Assembly: GCA_900088475.1 (NCBI GenBank)
Contig: FLMG01003579.1
Span: forward strand, 1-36,267
From: Hyphochytrium catenoides
Taxonomy: Eukaryota; Protista; Hyphochytriomycota
Direction: 5' to 3'
Length of the DNA: 36,267 bases
Shown here: one piece after another, positions 1-12,000 of the stretch
How the letters are laid out: the number at the start of each line of letters is the position of its first letter
Position numbering within the stretch: the first letter of the stretch is position 1
Position numbers and translations under genes: made by a program
Notes under the pieces: generated by a model
Database searches by the model: none
The model's input: only the letters and a program-made list of their open reading frames with translations
Told to the model about the DNA's origin: nothing

Positions 1-1710
1 AGAGTCTTCTCCATGCCGATGTTGAGGTACCTCATAACCTGCCACAAGAGAGATAACGAAGGAGAGAGTGGGGAGGACACAGAGGCAGAAAAGCAAAGCC
101 GTTATAGGAACTCTAGCTAAAGATGCTCTAGCAAGTTGGAGAGTTGAGTAATGAAAAAGAGAAAGGAGTAGGAAAGACGAAGATGGAAAGAGACAGAAAG
201 AAGAAACCTGTAAACGAGAGAGACAATGAGAGAGAGTGAGAGAGAGAGAGAGAGAAAGAGAGACGGAAAGAGAAAGAAAGAAAGAGAGAAAGAAAAGAGA
301 GAGTGTGTGAGAGAGATAAGGAGCCAAAAGAGGCCTGCCTGTTCAGCCGTCTACCTTCCAAATGATAGCATACTCCACCCTCATAGCCGTGACGGCAGTG
401 GCTGTGTCAAAGGCGTCTGCAAAGGCCTGAGGATGCTCAGAGAGAGAGCCCAAGTCCACTCCGAAGCCCACCTTTCCTATAAACTCTAACGTATATCGTT
501 GGAAGATGTCCTGCAAGTCGATGCCCTTGCTGATGCCTTTCTCTCCCTTCTTCTCCTCCTCTCTCTCCTTCTCCATAAAGTGCTTGAGAAGTTGATGCAG
601 CTTTGCCCCGTTTTCCTTGAGGATGACGCACTGATACTGTTTGAACTTGTTTACGCTGAACTCATACGAAGCCGCCTTGCGGTGTAGTCTCCACAACTAA
701 GAGGCACCATTGCCAAAGGCAAACCCAAAGAGAGAGGGGAAACAGAGAGAGAGAGAGAGAGAGAGTTGAGCGAGGAGAAAGAGAGAGGGAGAGAGATACC
801 ATATGGGAGGATACCAGGTTGGGTGAGCCGACAGGGATAGCAGTAGACAAAGGCAAGAGGGACGCAACAACAAGAAGAAAGAGGTGATCCCTTTCCCACC
901 AAAAGACGACTCTTAGGTTTAGCAACAGACAAAACTTGAACGAGAGAGAGAGAGATATGGTCCTTGAAGCCATTAGCTATATATACTCTCTCTTACGTCG
1001 CCATCCACGTTAAAGATCCCTTCCCCTAGCAAGTCCTCCAGAACGTCAATAAGCATCGAAGGGCCCTGCAGAACAGGGCGAGACACGAGGAAAGAGAAAG
1101 GGAGGAGAAAGAGAGAGAGGCACACAGCTGTTAGACGGAAAAAGACCAGAACCGGTCCAAAATAGCCCAGCAGGCGAAGAAAGTCTAGAGAAGAAGCTCC
1201 AGCAGAAGCCAAGCACCGACAACCTAGCAGAGTGAAAGACAAGACATCATTCCGAGAGAGGATTATGTCGTAGAGAGAAGAGAATGCAGGGTGTTCAGAC
1301 GGGAGTGAGAGCAAGAGAGAGAGCAGGTGCAAGAGAGAGAGAGAAAGAGAGAAAGAGAGAGAGAGAGAGGTGCGACAGAACTAGACTAAGGATATCGGCA
1401 AGAGTGAAGAAGAGGGCACCTTGGGATAGTTATCAAAGTTGGTCTTGAGCATATATTCCACGTTCTTAGGGTCCGCAGTGACAGTGATGGCCGAGGAAGT
1501 GAAGAACTCGTGAAAGGGAAGAATGTACCGGAAGGTCGTCTTTCCTGTCTTTCTCACGGCGAAGCGCAGTCCCTCCATCATGTCCTCGTAGAAGCCCGTC
1601 TTACAATTAGGAGAGAAGAAGATGTCCAGCAGACTTCCTAAGAAGGGAACAATGGTGGTATAGCCGGCCTTCGGCGGCTGGTTTGGCCTATAGCGAGAGG
1701 GGAGAGAGAC

Positions 1711-1751
<41 letters not shown>

Positions 1752-2157
1752 CAGAGGCGCAGAAGAGAGGACAGGTAGCAAGCGAGAATTAGTGACCGTC
1801 TTACGAAGAAGGTAGGGTAAGACGATATAGACAGAGGGAGAAGGAGAGAGAGAAAGAGAGACCACGAAAGAGAGACCACGAAAGAGAGAGGAGAGAAAGA
1901 GATAGAGAGATGTGTCTGAATCCGGTGACTCCTCCCTCGGCGTTTGTCTCTCTGTAACCTCACCTGCTTAGCAGCTCTGTATAGTTGACCAAGAGAAGCC
2001 ATACGAAGAAGCTGACGCCAAGAGAAACAGCGAGAAGAGGGAGAAAGTCAGAGAGAAGGCCAGTGCTCGAGAAAACCCCGCTGGAGAGAGAGAGAGAAGA
2101 GGCCACAGGGAGGCCACAGGCTCCAGCCTCAGTGCTATTGCAGCTTGTTGCCTCCAT
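1..2157 (-). CDS. Cytochrome P450, CYP86-clan-like (CYP704/CYP94/CYP86 type); 5' part only, continues beyond the left edge
   Basis: Hand-spliced exons 2157-1964, 1687-1420, 1065-997, 696-355 and 38-<1, all GT-AG and in frame. N-terminal hydrophobic anchor (FLPLLAVSLGVSFFVWLLLV), then [46 protein letters not shown] and IDLQDIFQRYTLEFIGKVGFGVDL, which are typical of CYP86-clan enzymes. The heme Cys motif lies outside the window. Confidence 0.92.
215..315. repeat. (GA)n/GAAA-rich intronic microsatellite; similar tracts at ~730-800, ~1310-1370 and ~1695-1910
   Basis: Visible AG runs on + (CT on the sense strand) inside the P450 introns. Confidence 0.9.
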
Positions 2158-3034
2158 TATCGGTTTCTCTTGATCAATGCGAGAGAGACTGAGCTTTCTG
2201 CGCAATGAGAAGAAGATTCTGATCTGTTGAATGGAAGAAGAGATGAAAGGCGAGAGCAGCAACAGAAAAGGGGGAAAGCGGCAGCAGGGCTGCTGGGAGA
2301 GAGAGAGGCAATAAGAAACAGACAGAGAGAGAGAGAAGCAAGAAGGAATAGGGAGGAAGAGAATGAAAGAGAGAGAGAGCAAGCAGTAGCAGCAGCAGCA
2401 GCCAGGTGGAGGAAAGGCAAGTAGCATAGGGAGAGAAATGGGAGAAAGAGGCTCTCTGCATTTTTCCTCTCCTTGACTCTCTCTCTCTTTCTGTGTCTCT
2501 CTCTTTCTCTCTCCTCTCTTTCTCTCTCCCTGTGCCTTGAATATGTAGGGATGCGGCTTATCTCTAGGTCGCTGCTCCTATGGATCGAAGTGGAATTGCT
2601 TATAAATCTAAGGGCAGGAGGAATATCCTCAGGTAGAACTTTAGGCAGAGGAGATATCCGTTTCTACCATAGAGGTTATCCTACGTTAGTAATACGCAAA
2701 TGACGCTTGACAAACCCAAAGCCTTGTCAGAGAAGACCCTGGCATTATGTATATCGGAGTGCGAAGACTCAAGGTCTCTGCCCTCAGTAGTAATACGTCC
2801 CCCTACCTGCCCTCTTCTCGTCCGCATAGCACAAGCGAGTCCATCGTGAAAGCCCTCTCTTAAGGGACGCCTGTAGGCTAGATGAAGTCATTTACAATGG
2901 CGAGGTGGCTAAACCCCTATAGAGGGGTCAACCGGTGCCATCCAAATAGAAAGGCAAGTAGCCGCTGTCCCTTTTCCTGTCGAGCAAGTAGGGCGGGCCA
3001 CTTGGTTATCGCTCTTCTTCTNNNNNNNNNNNNN

Positions 3035-3048
3035 TTCTCGCTCTCTCC

Positions 3049-3107
<59 letters not shown>

Positions 3108-3165
3108 TCTCGCTCTCTGGCTCTCGCGCTCTCTGGCTCTCCCTCGTGCTCTTCTCTTGCTCTCT
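3035..3165. repeat. (CT)n microsatellite with an embedded short (CG)n run, next to an N gap
   Basis: Long ctctct run, cgcgcgcgcg at ~3097-3107; Ns at 3022-3034. Confidence 0.9.
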
Positions 3166-4304
3166 ACATTAAAGTTATGATGCTTACAAGACATCTGTTG
3201 CTCTACCACGAGGTCTGGTGGGCTACTAGTTCTTCCTAGTTTTTCCTTCTTGCTCCGTACTCTTGAGTTTTTTGGTCATCTCATCGTGTGATGATGGCTC
3301 CAGGTGGACTACGCATACTTGTAAAAGCAATATTAGCCCTAAAGCAGAGTGGTAGACCGCTGGAAAGAGATTCTTTTCTCTCTCTTACTCTCTCTCTCTC
3401 TTCTCTGCGCTGTGTCTCACCTTCGTTCTCTGTCTTTTGTCCTTCTTTCATCATGCGATGCGGGACTAGTGGCGGTAGGAAGCCGACGAGGGACAACAAC
3501 CACGTGGTGGCAGTAGACACTTGAGGTTCTTATCTTTTGGTCCACGTTCATCAGAAGCAACAACTGCTAATATTCGTATGTCCTCGATGGTCCACGAATG
3601 CAACTAGCAATTGGACCACTTTCTCTTGATCCGTAAGCCGGACTAGACTTGGTACCTGTAGAAAGAGGTCTAACTTTGGGCCCGCACTCGTCGACATCAG
3701 AGTGGCTGGAATAGCACCTAACGTTGGCACCATGCTGCTGTGGCAATCAAGGGCCGACTGAGCAGGCAGTCTTTCTCCCTTTCGTTTTCTTTATCGAGAT
3801 GGGTGACACGGTGACACTAGAGCTGACAATAATGGTGCTACTCTAGTCATTTTCCACAGATCACTTTCTCCTCTTTCTGTCGGCAGTGCGGCTTTGGTTC
3901 TTCCTCGCCCTTCTCAATAGGTTTTAGGCAGCAGGAGGAGCGGTCAAAGGAATCTTGAAAGGTGCATGGACCTGTCCTAACCATCAAGGAAGCCCGTACC
4001 TCATGCCGGTGTCAGCGCTACGAGTAGTCCTGATAATTATCTTAGAGGAATTCATATGGAACCGTCTATTATTCTTTCGCTCCCGGTTCTATGACAGTGC
4101 GCAAGAAGTCAAGATAGACTATGCTATTCACTTTATGGAATCGAGATGGATGACGTCAATAAGGAGTCACCCGAACGATACGCAAAGGGACTCTTATGAG
4201 AGCAACAACGATGGATCGCCCTCTTCTCAGGTAATATAAAGTTGCTACGCTTCATATAACAGGTAAGAGCAGTAGAGTGTCGGAGCACGCCCTCCGGCCA
4301 ACCC

Positions 4305-4996
4305 TTAAGGATAATAGATAGCATAAACTCCGACGGCGCAAAATATTCCATCCTGCAGGACGACAGGGTATAGACGGAGCGCAAAGTCAGATCCCAGACA
4401 GAGATCTGGTGTTATCAGTGCAAGGGCCTCACCGATATGTAGTTCTCTGAGGTAAAGACATCAGTGTCCTGATCCCAAAAGCATCGCGAGCCCATTCTGT
4501 ACCAATAAAAAGATTATCAGACGTGAGAGGCTAATAAGCTTAGAGCATAATGAGAGGCCTGAGACTCCAGTACCTTACTCCCTCGCCCCGCTGCTCTCCG
4601 ATGACGACTTGAACTGCATACTTGTAGCGGGGACAGTCAAGAGCTAACGGGCACAGTGAAAGTTGAAAAGAGTTATCGTGGGGATGAACGCAGAGAGTGA
4701 TGAGGGATTCGCTCTCTCCCTACCTTTCAAGCCATTCTTAACATCATCTGCCAGTTCCTTGGTAAGCTGTGAAGCACTATCCACCTCGTACACTTTGCCT
4801 TGAAGTTTCTGGTTGAGAAGCGGTACAATCACATCCTTCATCCGCTTTGCCGTCGGCCTAGAAATAATCTAAATCTTAGTGTGTTGGCAGAGAGAAAAGA
4901 GAGAGAAGAGGGTGAGGAGCATGGAGTTCTCGCTTACTTCTGCTTGTAAGGGGGCCTCAGGTTATACTGCGCGGCCGAGAGTTCGGGATCTGGCAT
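4305..4996 (-). CDS. TCTEX1D2: Tctex-1 family dynein light chain, TCTEX1D2/DYNLT2B-like, 124 aa, 5 exons
   Basis: Exons 4996-4938, 4857-4724, 4643-4574, 4496-4433 and 4352-4305 join in frame: MPDPELSAAQYNLRPPYKQK...LTKELADDVKNGLKALDCPRYKYAVQVVIGEQRGEGVRMGSRCFWDQDTDVFTSENYISDGIFCAVGVYAIYYP*. RYKxxVQVVIGEQRGEGV and RCFWDxDTD match the TCTEX1D2 subfamily. Confidence 0.92.
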
Positions 4997-6033
4997 TGTT
5001 CAGTTCTCGCGAGTGGCTAGTTGGCTCTCGATGTTGGTCTGACTCTGCTGTCTCGACACCCGCTACAGCCAGCTGAGTATATTTCTTGGACTTCGCTTGG
5101 TTTCGAGCTCCCAAAGAAAAAAAAACTTGCCTCTTCTAGATGGTGCACCTTCTCTTGGGTTCACAAGCACGCTCTGGACCTAGCCTTTAGAGGCCTCTTC
5201 ATCATCTCGTGGACGCAAGCTGAGCTTCCACTCCCTCTTATTAGTCTCAAAAAGCAAACCACTTATCTCTTCTACCCCTTCTTCTCTTCTTCTTCAATCA
5301 CACGGGTCCGCTGCGTGATGGGCCTGTTGGCTATAAGCTTGTGGGCGATGAGCAAGCAATAATGAGGGAGACAATCAAAGGATAAAAGGACGCAAAGAAG
5401 GAGGAAGATGAAGTGAGCTGGTTGCTGCCGTCTCACTCACAGTTTTGTCAAGGGAAATTGGAAGATGCCTCTTCATCTGTAATCTAAGGGGCCGCTAACG
5501 TCATGATTGAGGACCAAGCAAAACAGCACAGTTCAGTTATCATATATTAATCCACAATGTGATAATCAGATAGGAAGGGTCCGGGGCTTCTTATGAGCCC
5601 TCCCTTTCTGTCTATCGGTGAGCGCGATGCATCATCATCTTGAGCTTCAAGCGCCCACTGTGAGTTAGTGTGGCCTGCGGAATGTTACAAGGCGATAAAA
5701 GCTTCAAAATGTGCTCTGAGATCTGGAGTATGGAGGCACGATTGGCTTGATTGAGGGCGCTTCTTTCTAGTCTATAGCGTGTCTCACTGACGGTAGAGCA
5801 TAGCTTGACTGCCCTTCTAAGGCAGTTGTTTAGTTCTCCCTTACGGAAGATTGAAGATGTTCTCCTCTCCAGAGGATCGAGCTCGCCTCGTCGAGCGAGC
5901 ACTATGAGGGAGATGAGACGGATGAGGTCAACGGCCAGTGGACAGCAATGACATCCTACAAAGCTCGGAACAGCACCTCACAGCAAAGTCTCTGGAGGTA
6001 GGCTACCAGAGCCACTAACTCCTCGCGGTGACG

Positions 6034-9000
6034 ATGGAAAAGACAGAAAAAGGAGCTTCACCTCCTGCTCCTCCGCTGATAACTGTTCTTCCACCCCCGC
6101 CGCCTCCGTCAAGCAATAACAATACCAAGAGAAAAGGCTCTTCCCTAACAACTCAAGTCGAGTTCCCGGTAGTTCGGTACTATGAGACCGGCTTCGCACT
6201 CACCCTTCGCACTCTCTCGCGAGACCACTGGACAGCCGACAATAGGCATGGGTATACTTCTGTGGCAACATACTCCAGATCAGACCGCAAGCGCGGAAAA
6301 AAATTGCTGGTGGTTCCTCCTGTCAAAAAAGGGAAGGAGTCGCGAACTGTTGAGACCATTTTGGCGGTGATCCCTGCGCCAGGCTTTCATAAGGAGTTTG
6401 GGGAGCCCGTAAGGTAAGCGGAGCTATGATCCCTCCATAGAGCAGACCCGCTTAGACGCTGCACAGTTCTCACCTTCTCTCTCTCTTTCTTCTTTCTGTC
6501 TCTCTCTTCTCTTTGTCCTCCTGAATGAATTGTTCGGCCTTTGTTTTGAGTGCCTGTGTCTCACTCTCTGGCATCCTCCTCGCTCTAAAGCACTGGCTGG
6601 TGCTCTCTCTCAAATCTCGTCGTGCTTTTTGGTCAAGGATAAAGTTGACCTTCTGCTTCTGACCTTCTGGCTGTATCCTCTACTCTGCTCTCTCACTCGA
6701 CTATCGCTCATTACATCCCTTTCTCCTCCCATGACTGATCGCCTTTTCTCCTTTGATTGCCTTGGCCGGCAGATATGGTGATCCAGTGGCATTGGTGAAT
6801 GAAGAAGGACAGACATTGACCCGCCTCACAGATATGGGCTACCAAGGGTGTCTCGGCTTCAAGACAAACGCGGCGCCATTCGTTACTTCCTTCCTTCAGT
6901 AAGTCGCCTCTCAGGCGCCCATAGGCACCGTCCTGCCAGTCATCTTTTCTCACCACCGAAGACTTTCTTTGCCTCCTCTGTGTGCACCTCTGTCTTTCAG
7001 TTAACGCCTTCTTCTTTGGTTCGACCTATCCTTGGCGTCAGCGGTCTCCTTACGCTTTCCTCATTTGCCCCTGTCTTATCATCAAGGCGTGCGAGTCGGG
7101 ATGGGCGGCCTCTTATCCGAAAGGGCAGCTCTGACGGTCTCCACCCGACAGATGTAGAGGTCAAATCTGGAGACTCCATAGAACTAGCCGGAGTTTCCGC
7201 CACGCAAAAGCTCCAGGTCTCAGAAGAGGCTCCTTCTGTGTCCGTCATTTGATCTGACCTACTTCCCTCATCCTCTACCTTTCCGATCTCTGTGTCTCTT
7301 TCTCTCTCGTTCTCTCTTTCTTAAGGTTTAGGGTCCTTTTTCCAGCTTAAGATCACTCACACCTAACGTTGCGAGGGGCCTGATCGACCTCCTCCCTTCG
7401 TCCTCTATCAACTCTTCAGGCATGGCATCGTAACCCTACGTAGTCCATTCTTTTCTTGATGTCCTCTCGATGGCGCTTCTGGGGTTGTCTCACATGCCTC
7501 CGCTCTTCTCACTCGCTTCCATCCTTTTTATCAGTTTCCCGGGGGAGTCTTGATAAGCAGCAGTAGTAGTGGTGCAGCTCTCTCTCCTGCCGTCAGGGTA
7601 ATGAAACTGGATGAGTCCATTTTTGCAGATCTCAGGTAACCTTTGATAGCCTTTGCACTCAAAAGAGAAAGAAGCAGCTGGTCTGGGGAGAGAAGGGGAG
7701 AGATAGTAAAATGCTGTCTCTCTCTCTTCTGAGCTTCACCACTCTCTCGTTGGTCTCTTTGCTTGCTGCAGCTTTGCTTATGAAATTTTGCCATCATAAC
7801 GCTCTTCGTCCAAGGGAGCACACCCTTTAGGATGCACCCTTTAGGATGCCGTCGTCTTCTCAGTTCACTTCCTGTTACTCATTTTCTTCGGCCTACTTTA
7901 CTCCTTGATGCCTACTAACATCTCTCTAACTCTGGACCTCCTCCATTCCACCCCAGTGTCAAGTCTTCTTCATCCGACCGGACTCCTTCCGGCTATTTCC
8001 TGGGCGCGATACACGCGGGACCGCTGCAAAAGCTCGGGTTCTTGCAGCAGCACGAACTTGACTTCTTTGTCCTTACCCACAGGGCGCTGCACTACTTCAA
8101 GCCCGTGCCTGGACAAACTCTTAAGAGCAAGTTTGGCAAGGCGAGAGGCGTCATCTTGTTAGAGGATATCGCAGAGGTAAGCGACGGAGGCAAAAAGGAG
8201 AATGCTGGGCAAACGGCAGCAGAAACGACATGTTCCTAGGCAGGGGAATGTTCTTCCTTGGAGAGACACAGAGAGACAGAGGAAGGGGATGAGCCAGATA
8301 AAGACGTGCTGAAAGGATGACGCCTCACTTTCTTGTTGAGGGCCAACATGCCTCCTCCGTCTCTCAGTAGCATCCACCTCCGACTGTTTTCTCGCCTTTC
8401 CCTTACCGTGCACTTCGACCATACACTCTCAGGCCTTCCTCTTCTCGCCACGTGCTAATTTTGCTATCAACTTGCTTTCAGGTGAAATACGATAAGTTCT
8501 CTGATCCTCATAGTATTTATCTCAAGCTCAAGAATCAAAAGGAGGTTCACCTGATGGGCGATGCAGTGCTAGAAGTAGGAAAGTGGGTCTATCTGATCCA
8601 TACAGGTACCTTAGCTAGTGCTCTGTCGCCGTGACTTTACACTGTGTCATCTCTCCTCTTCTTTCTTTCCTTCTCGCTCCTGGAAGCCTGGCAGTTATAA
8701 GGTACCCTTGTCTAATAACTTTTTCCCTGCCATTCTTAGCGCTGGAAAAGCCTCAATGGGTCAATGTCCCAGGGGCGCCAGCGATTGTTCTGTCCGCTGA
8801 TGCCGAGTTCTCCTCACAGCGATGCCCATGTGTTACGCAGGTAACTTCGACTACAAAGTTGCTCAGTAAACCTGTAACTGTGCTCATTCTTTCTTTTCCT
8901 TTCGTTTGCAATTGCGTCCTTCTCTCCTCCACCTCTCTCTTTCCCCAAAAAAACACACACACACGCGACTTCTGCCTCTCCGACCGCAGATCACAATTAA

Positions 9001-12000
9001 GAGGGCTGATGCACAGGCGACAGAGGTCGTCTTGAAGAGAAGCCCCATGTGGGGAGAGGTAACCTTGCACCTTTGTTCTAAAACGCCCGATGCCTTCTTT
9101 GCGCTCCTGCTTGCCAGACCTCTTCTTCTCATTCTTTTGCAATTCCATGTCGCATAACCCCTGCCAGGCCTTCAGTATTGGTGACGTCCGGATGGGTGAC
9201 CTGGTGTTAGTTTATTGGAACAATGGCAACGTCAGTGCTCTTTCTTTGGAGATGTTGAACCAAGCTATAATGTTTCCAAGATGGGTTGAGGTGGAAGACA
9301 TGGTCTGGCCAACAGGCGAAACCCTAAAAGGTAAGATTCAAAGCAAGTATTTTTTCAACGCTCACGTTATGGAGGTGGACCGGTACGACGGTCCAGCATA
9401 GCGAGAGAAAGAGAGAGAAGAGAGAGAAAGAGAGAACAGAAACAGAGTAGATCCTCTTTCTCGCGCGCGGGCTGGTCGTGAAGTGCAACATAACAAGGCT
9501 AATGCTTCGACAATGGGGGCCAAGGCTATGCATACGACAAAGAATAGAGGAGAATAGCGTCGGGGAAAGAGACAAGAGGAAAAGAACGAGAGAGAGAGAA
9601 GAAGGACAAACAAAAGAAAGCAGGGATCCCAGTAGTACTAGGGCACATATCTGGGCCATCCAAAGTCCCTGGCGGAAGAAGAGAATAACATTTTTTCTTC
9701 TCCTTAGGTTGCCTGGCCCGACTGCAGTTCAAGGCCACTACTGAGACAAAGCCTATGGCTACACCTTCAACGAAGTGGGAGACATCACATCTCCAGACTG
9801 CCTTTGGCATTGGCACTGCACTTCTGAGGTATAACTTTTCAGTGTCTCTCTTCTAAATGCGAGTCTGTCCTTTAAATGCGAGTCTTTCCTATTCGTGATG
9901 GCTCAGAATTTCCGTACATTCAGTGCTTGCCAACTATTTCTACTCTTTCTTCTTAAATGTGTTTCGACAGCCCTTCATGGCTACATCTGCCAGTTGTACC
10001 CCTGACCCTTCTCTCGCTAGCGTCGCTCAGCTCATGCTCTTGCGTGTACTGCGTTGCGGATGTCTCTCTCTAGTCTGTCTCTCTCCTTCGTCCTGCTGAC
10101 GGACTTCTTCCCAATTCCATCCTTGATGGGGCTCTTCCCCTGCCGCCTTTCCCTTGGCTGCTTTCCTTTCCCTCTCGTGGATGTTCCCTTTCGGGGACTC
10201 CTCTTTTGCACCTTCCCCGCGATTCCGCTAGCGTCTTCATGGTGGTCTTCACCTATTCCATGGTCTGGCTGTTGGCTGGACTGTTCCTCTCCATGGCCGG
10301 GACTCGCTACCTTATGGACCGAAGGTCGAGGCTCTTAAAGATGAAGGAAAGGTGGGAGCAGTATTCAGCATGTGTCTTTCCTTGCTAAAGTATCCGCCAA
10401 TGATCGTTCCGTCTTCTAAGCCACTCGCCTCCTTTTGAGGAGTATCACTCTATGAATAACTGCGTTCCTGGCATTTTAATTGACGTCAATGCGTTGACTC
10501 TCAGCCATGTCATAGCGCTTACTCTATTCTTTCTCTCCCTGTCTCCCGGTGTCTGATTCCCTATCTGTCTCTCCATATGGTGTTGCTTCGATAGTGGCAC
10601 GGTTCACTGGGTGCTGACGCTGTTGAGATTCGAAGTACGGCCGCCTACTGAAGATGGGAACAAGGCTGATAGAGACTCAACGGTACGTAAATCGGCCTCT
10701 AGTACGAAGAGGGTACAAAATGGAGCAATGGGGCTAGACCAAAGCGGCGTTTTAGAGCAAGATGGAGACACGCGGAGAAATAGGGGGAGAGAGAGAGAGG
10801 GAAGAGAAAACAAAGAGAGCAATTTTTTAGGGGAGAGAGAGAGAAAGGATGAAATACAGCATATCAACCAAGTGTACACCTCCTTACTTGTGGATATTCC
10901 TCTCCCTTTGTATCCTTCCTGAATCTATAGATTCCATCTTCGACGTGCCTGCTCCCAGTCCGAGACCCAGAGGTCTTTGCTGAAGTGGACGCCGACGAGG
11001 TGGACTCTTTAGCTGATACCCTAGATGACTCAACTAGGACTATCGCCTCAGTGCAGCTAGACGATGACAGGTCAAGGTCAGCTGCAGCATAACGAGATAG
11101 TGCAGAGAGATCCTAAACAGTAGCTTGACGCTGTGCGGTGGAGGTTCCAAGGCAGCATGACGTAGAGAGTTGGAAACCCGTGAAAGAGAAAGAGTTTCGA
11201 GCACACATTCAAAAACCAAAGATGTAACCTCGACTTACGCCGTTGCGCGTGGCTCTCTTCTCTCTGTTCTCCTTCAGTTCAAGTCACCAAGAGATCTATC
11301 AGTTTCGATTGCAGAACGGTCTGGACACCATTCTTCAGAGGCCTCAGCCGATGTTCTACGCCATCAAGCAGATATATTCCTCCTTCTTCCACGGCACAGA
11401 CAGAAAAGGAAGACTTGTCTTCTATTCAAAGTTAGGAATGGTGAGAGATGAGCAACTGCTTTCCAGGAGCACAAGAACTGAGAGTTTGAAGTGTAAAAGA
11501 CGTTGTTCCTAGTCTTACTTCTACTGAACCTTGTCAAGTGGTTCTCACCCTTCATCTGAACTCTGTCGGGGCCATGCCGATTGCTGGGCAACGTCGTTGA
11601 CCTCTCTTCTTTGACTCCTACCCTTGGCCTGCGTGTATGCAAACGGAGGGTCCGGCTGTTTCTCATGCAATCTCTCTCTCCCTGTACCGCCCCGCCTGTC
11701 TAGGTGAGCTGGGAGAGTTTGCAGGATGAGGGTATCTCTAGCGATCAGTTCTTACGGCATCACCTGTTCCTCTGGGAGTACGCCATGAGGTATCGGAGTC
11801 GAGCCGTTGGGAATTGTTCTTTGCCTTATTTCTCCATTTCTGCTTAGGGACTCTGCGGCGGAGAAAGTTGCCCTTGTAGTGGACTTGGACGGGATTGGCG
11901 CCGCTGGGGTCAACTTCTTAGTCGACCTTGTCGTTACGGCGGCGCGATATTATGACGACCTAGTCGACAGGTACTAACTTCCAGGACAAATGAGAAAGAA

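Noticed and set aside
128-3209. Many SLSLSL/ERERER ORFs in the ORF track
   Set aside because: They are translations of (CT)n/(GA)n microsatellites in introns and UTRs.
5566-5640. Minus-strand ATGATGA...CTGA resembling a C/D snoRNA
   Set aside because: No terminal stem; the cttcctatc segment matches LSU rRNA in sense rather than antisense orientation and is too short.
5612-5902. 96-aa minus-strand ORF between the Tctex and lipid-transfer genes
   Set aside because: Non-ATG start, no recognisable motif, and no supporting exon structure.
7321-7335. Telomere-like ttaaggtttaggg
   Set aside because: Only about two imperfect units inside an intron; consistent with chance.
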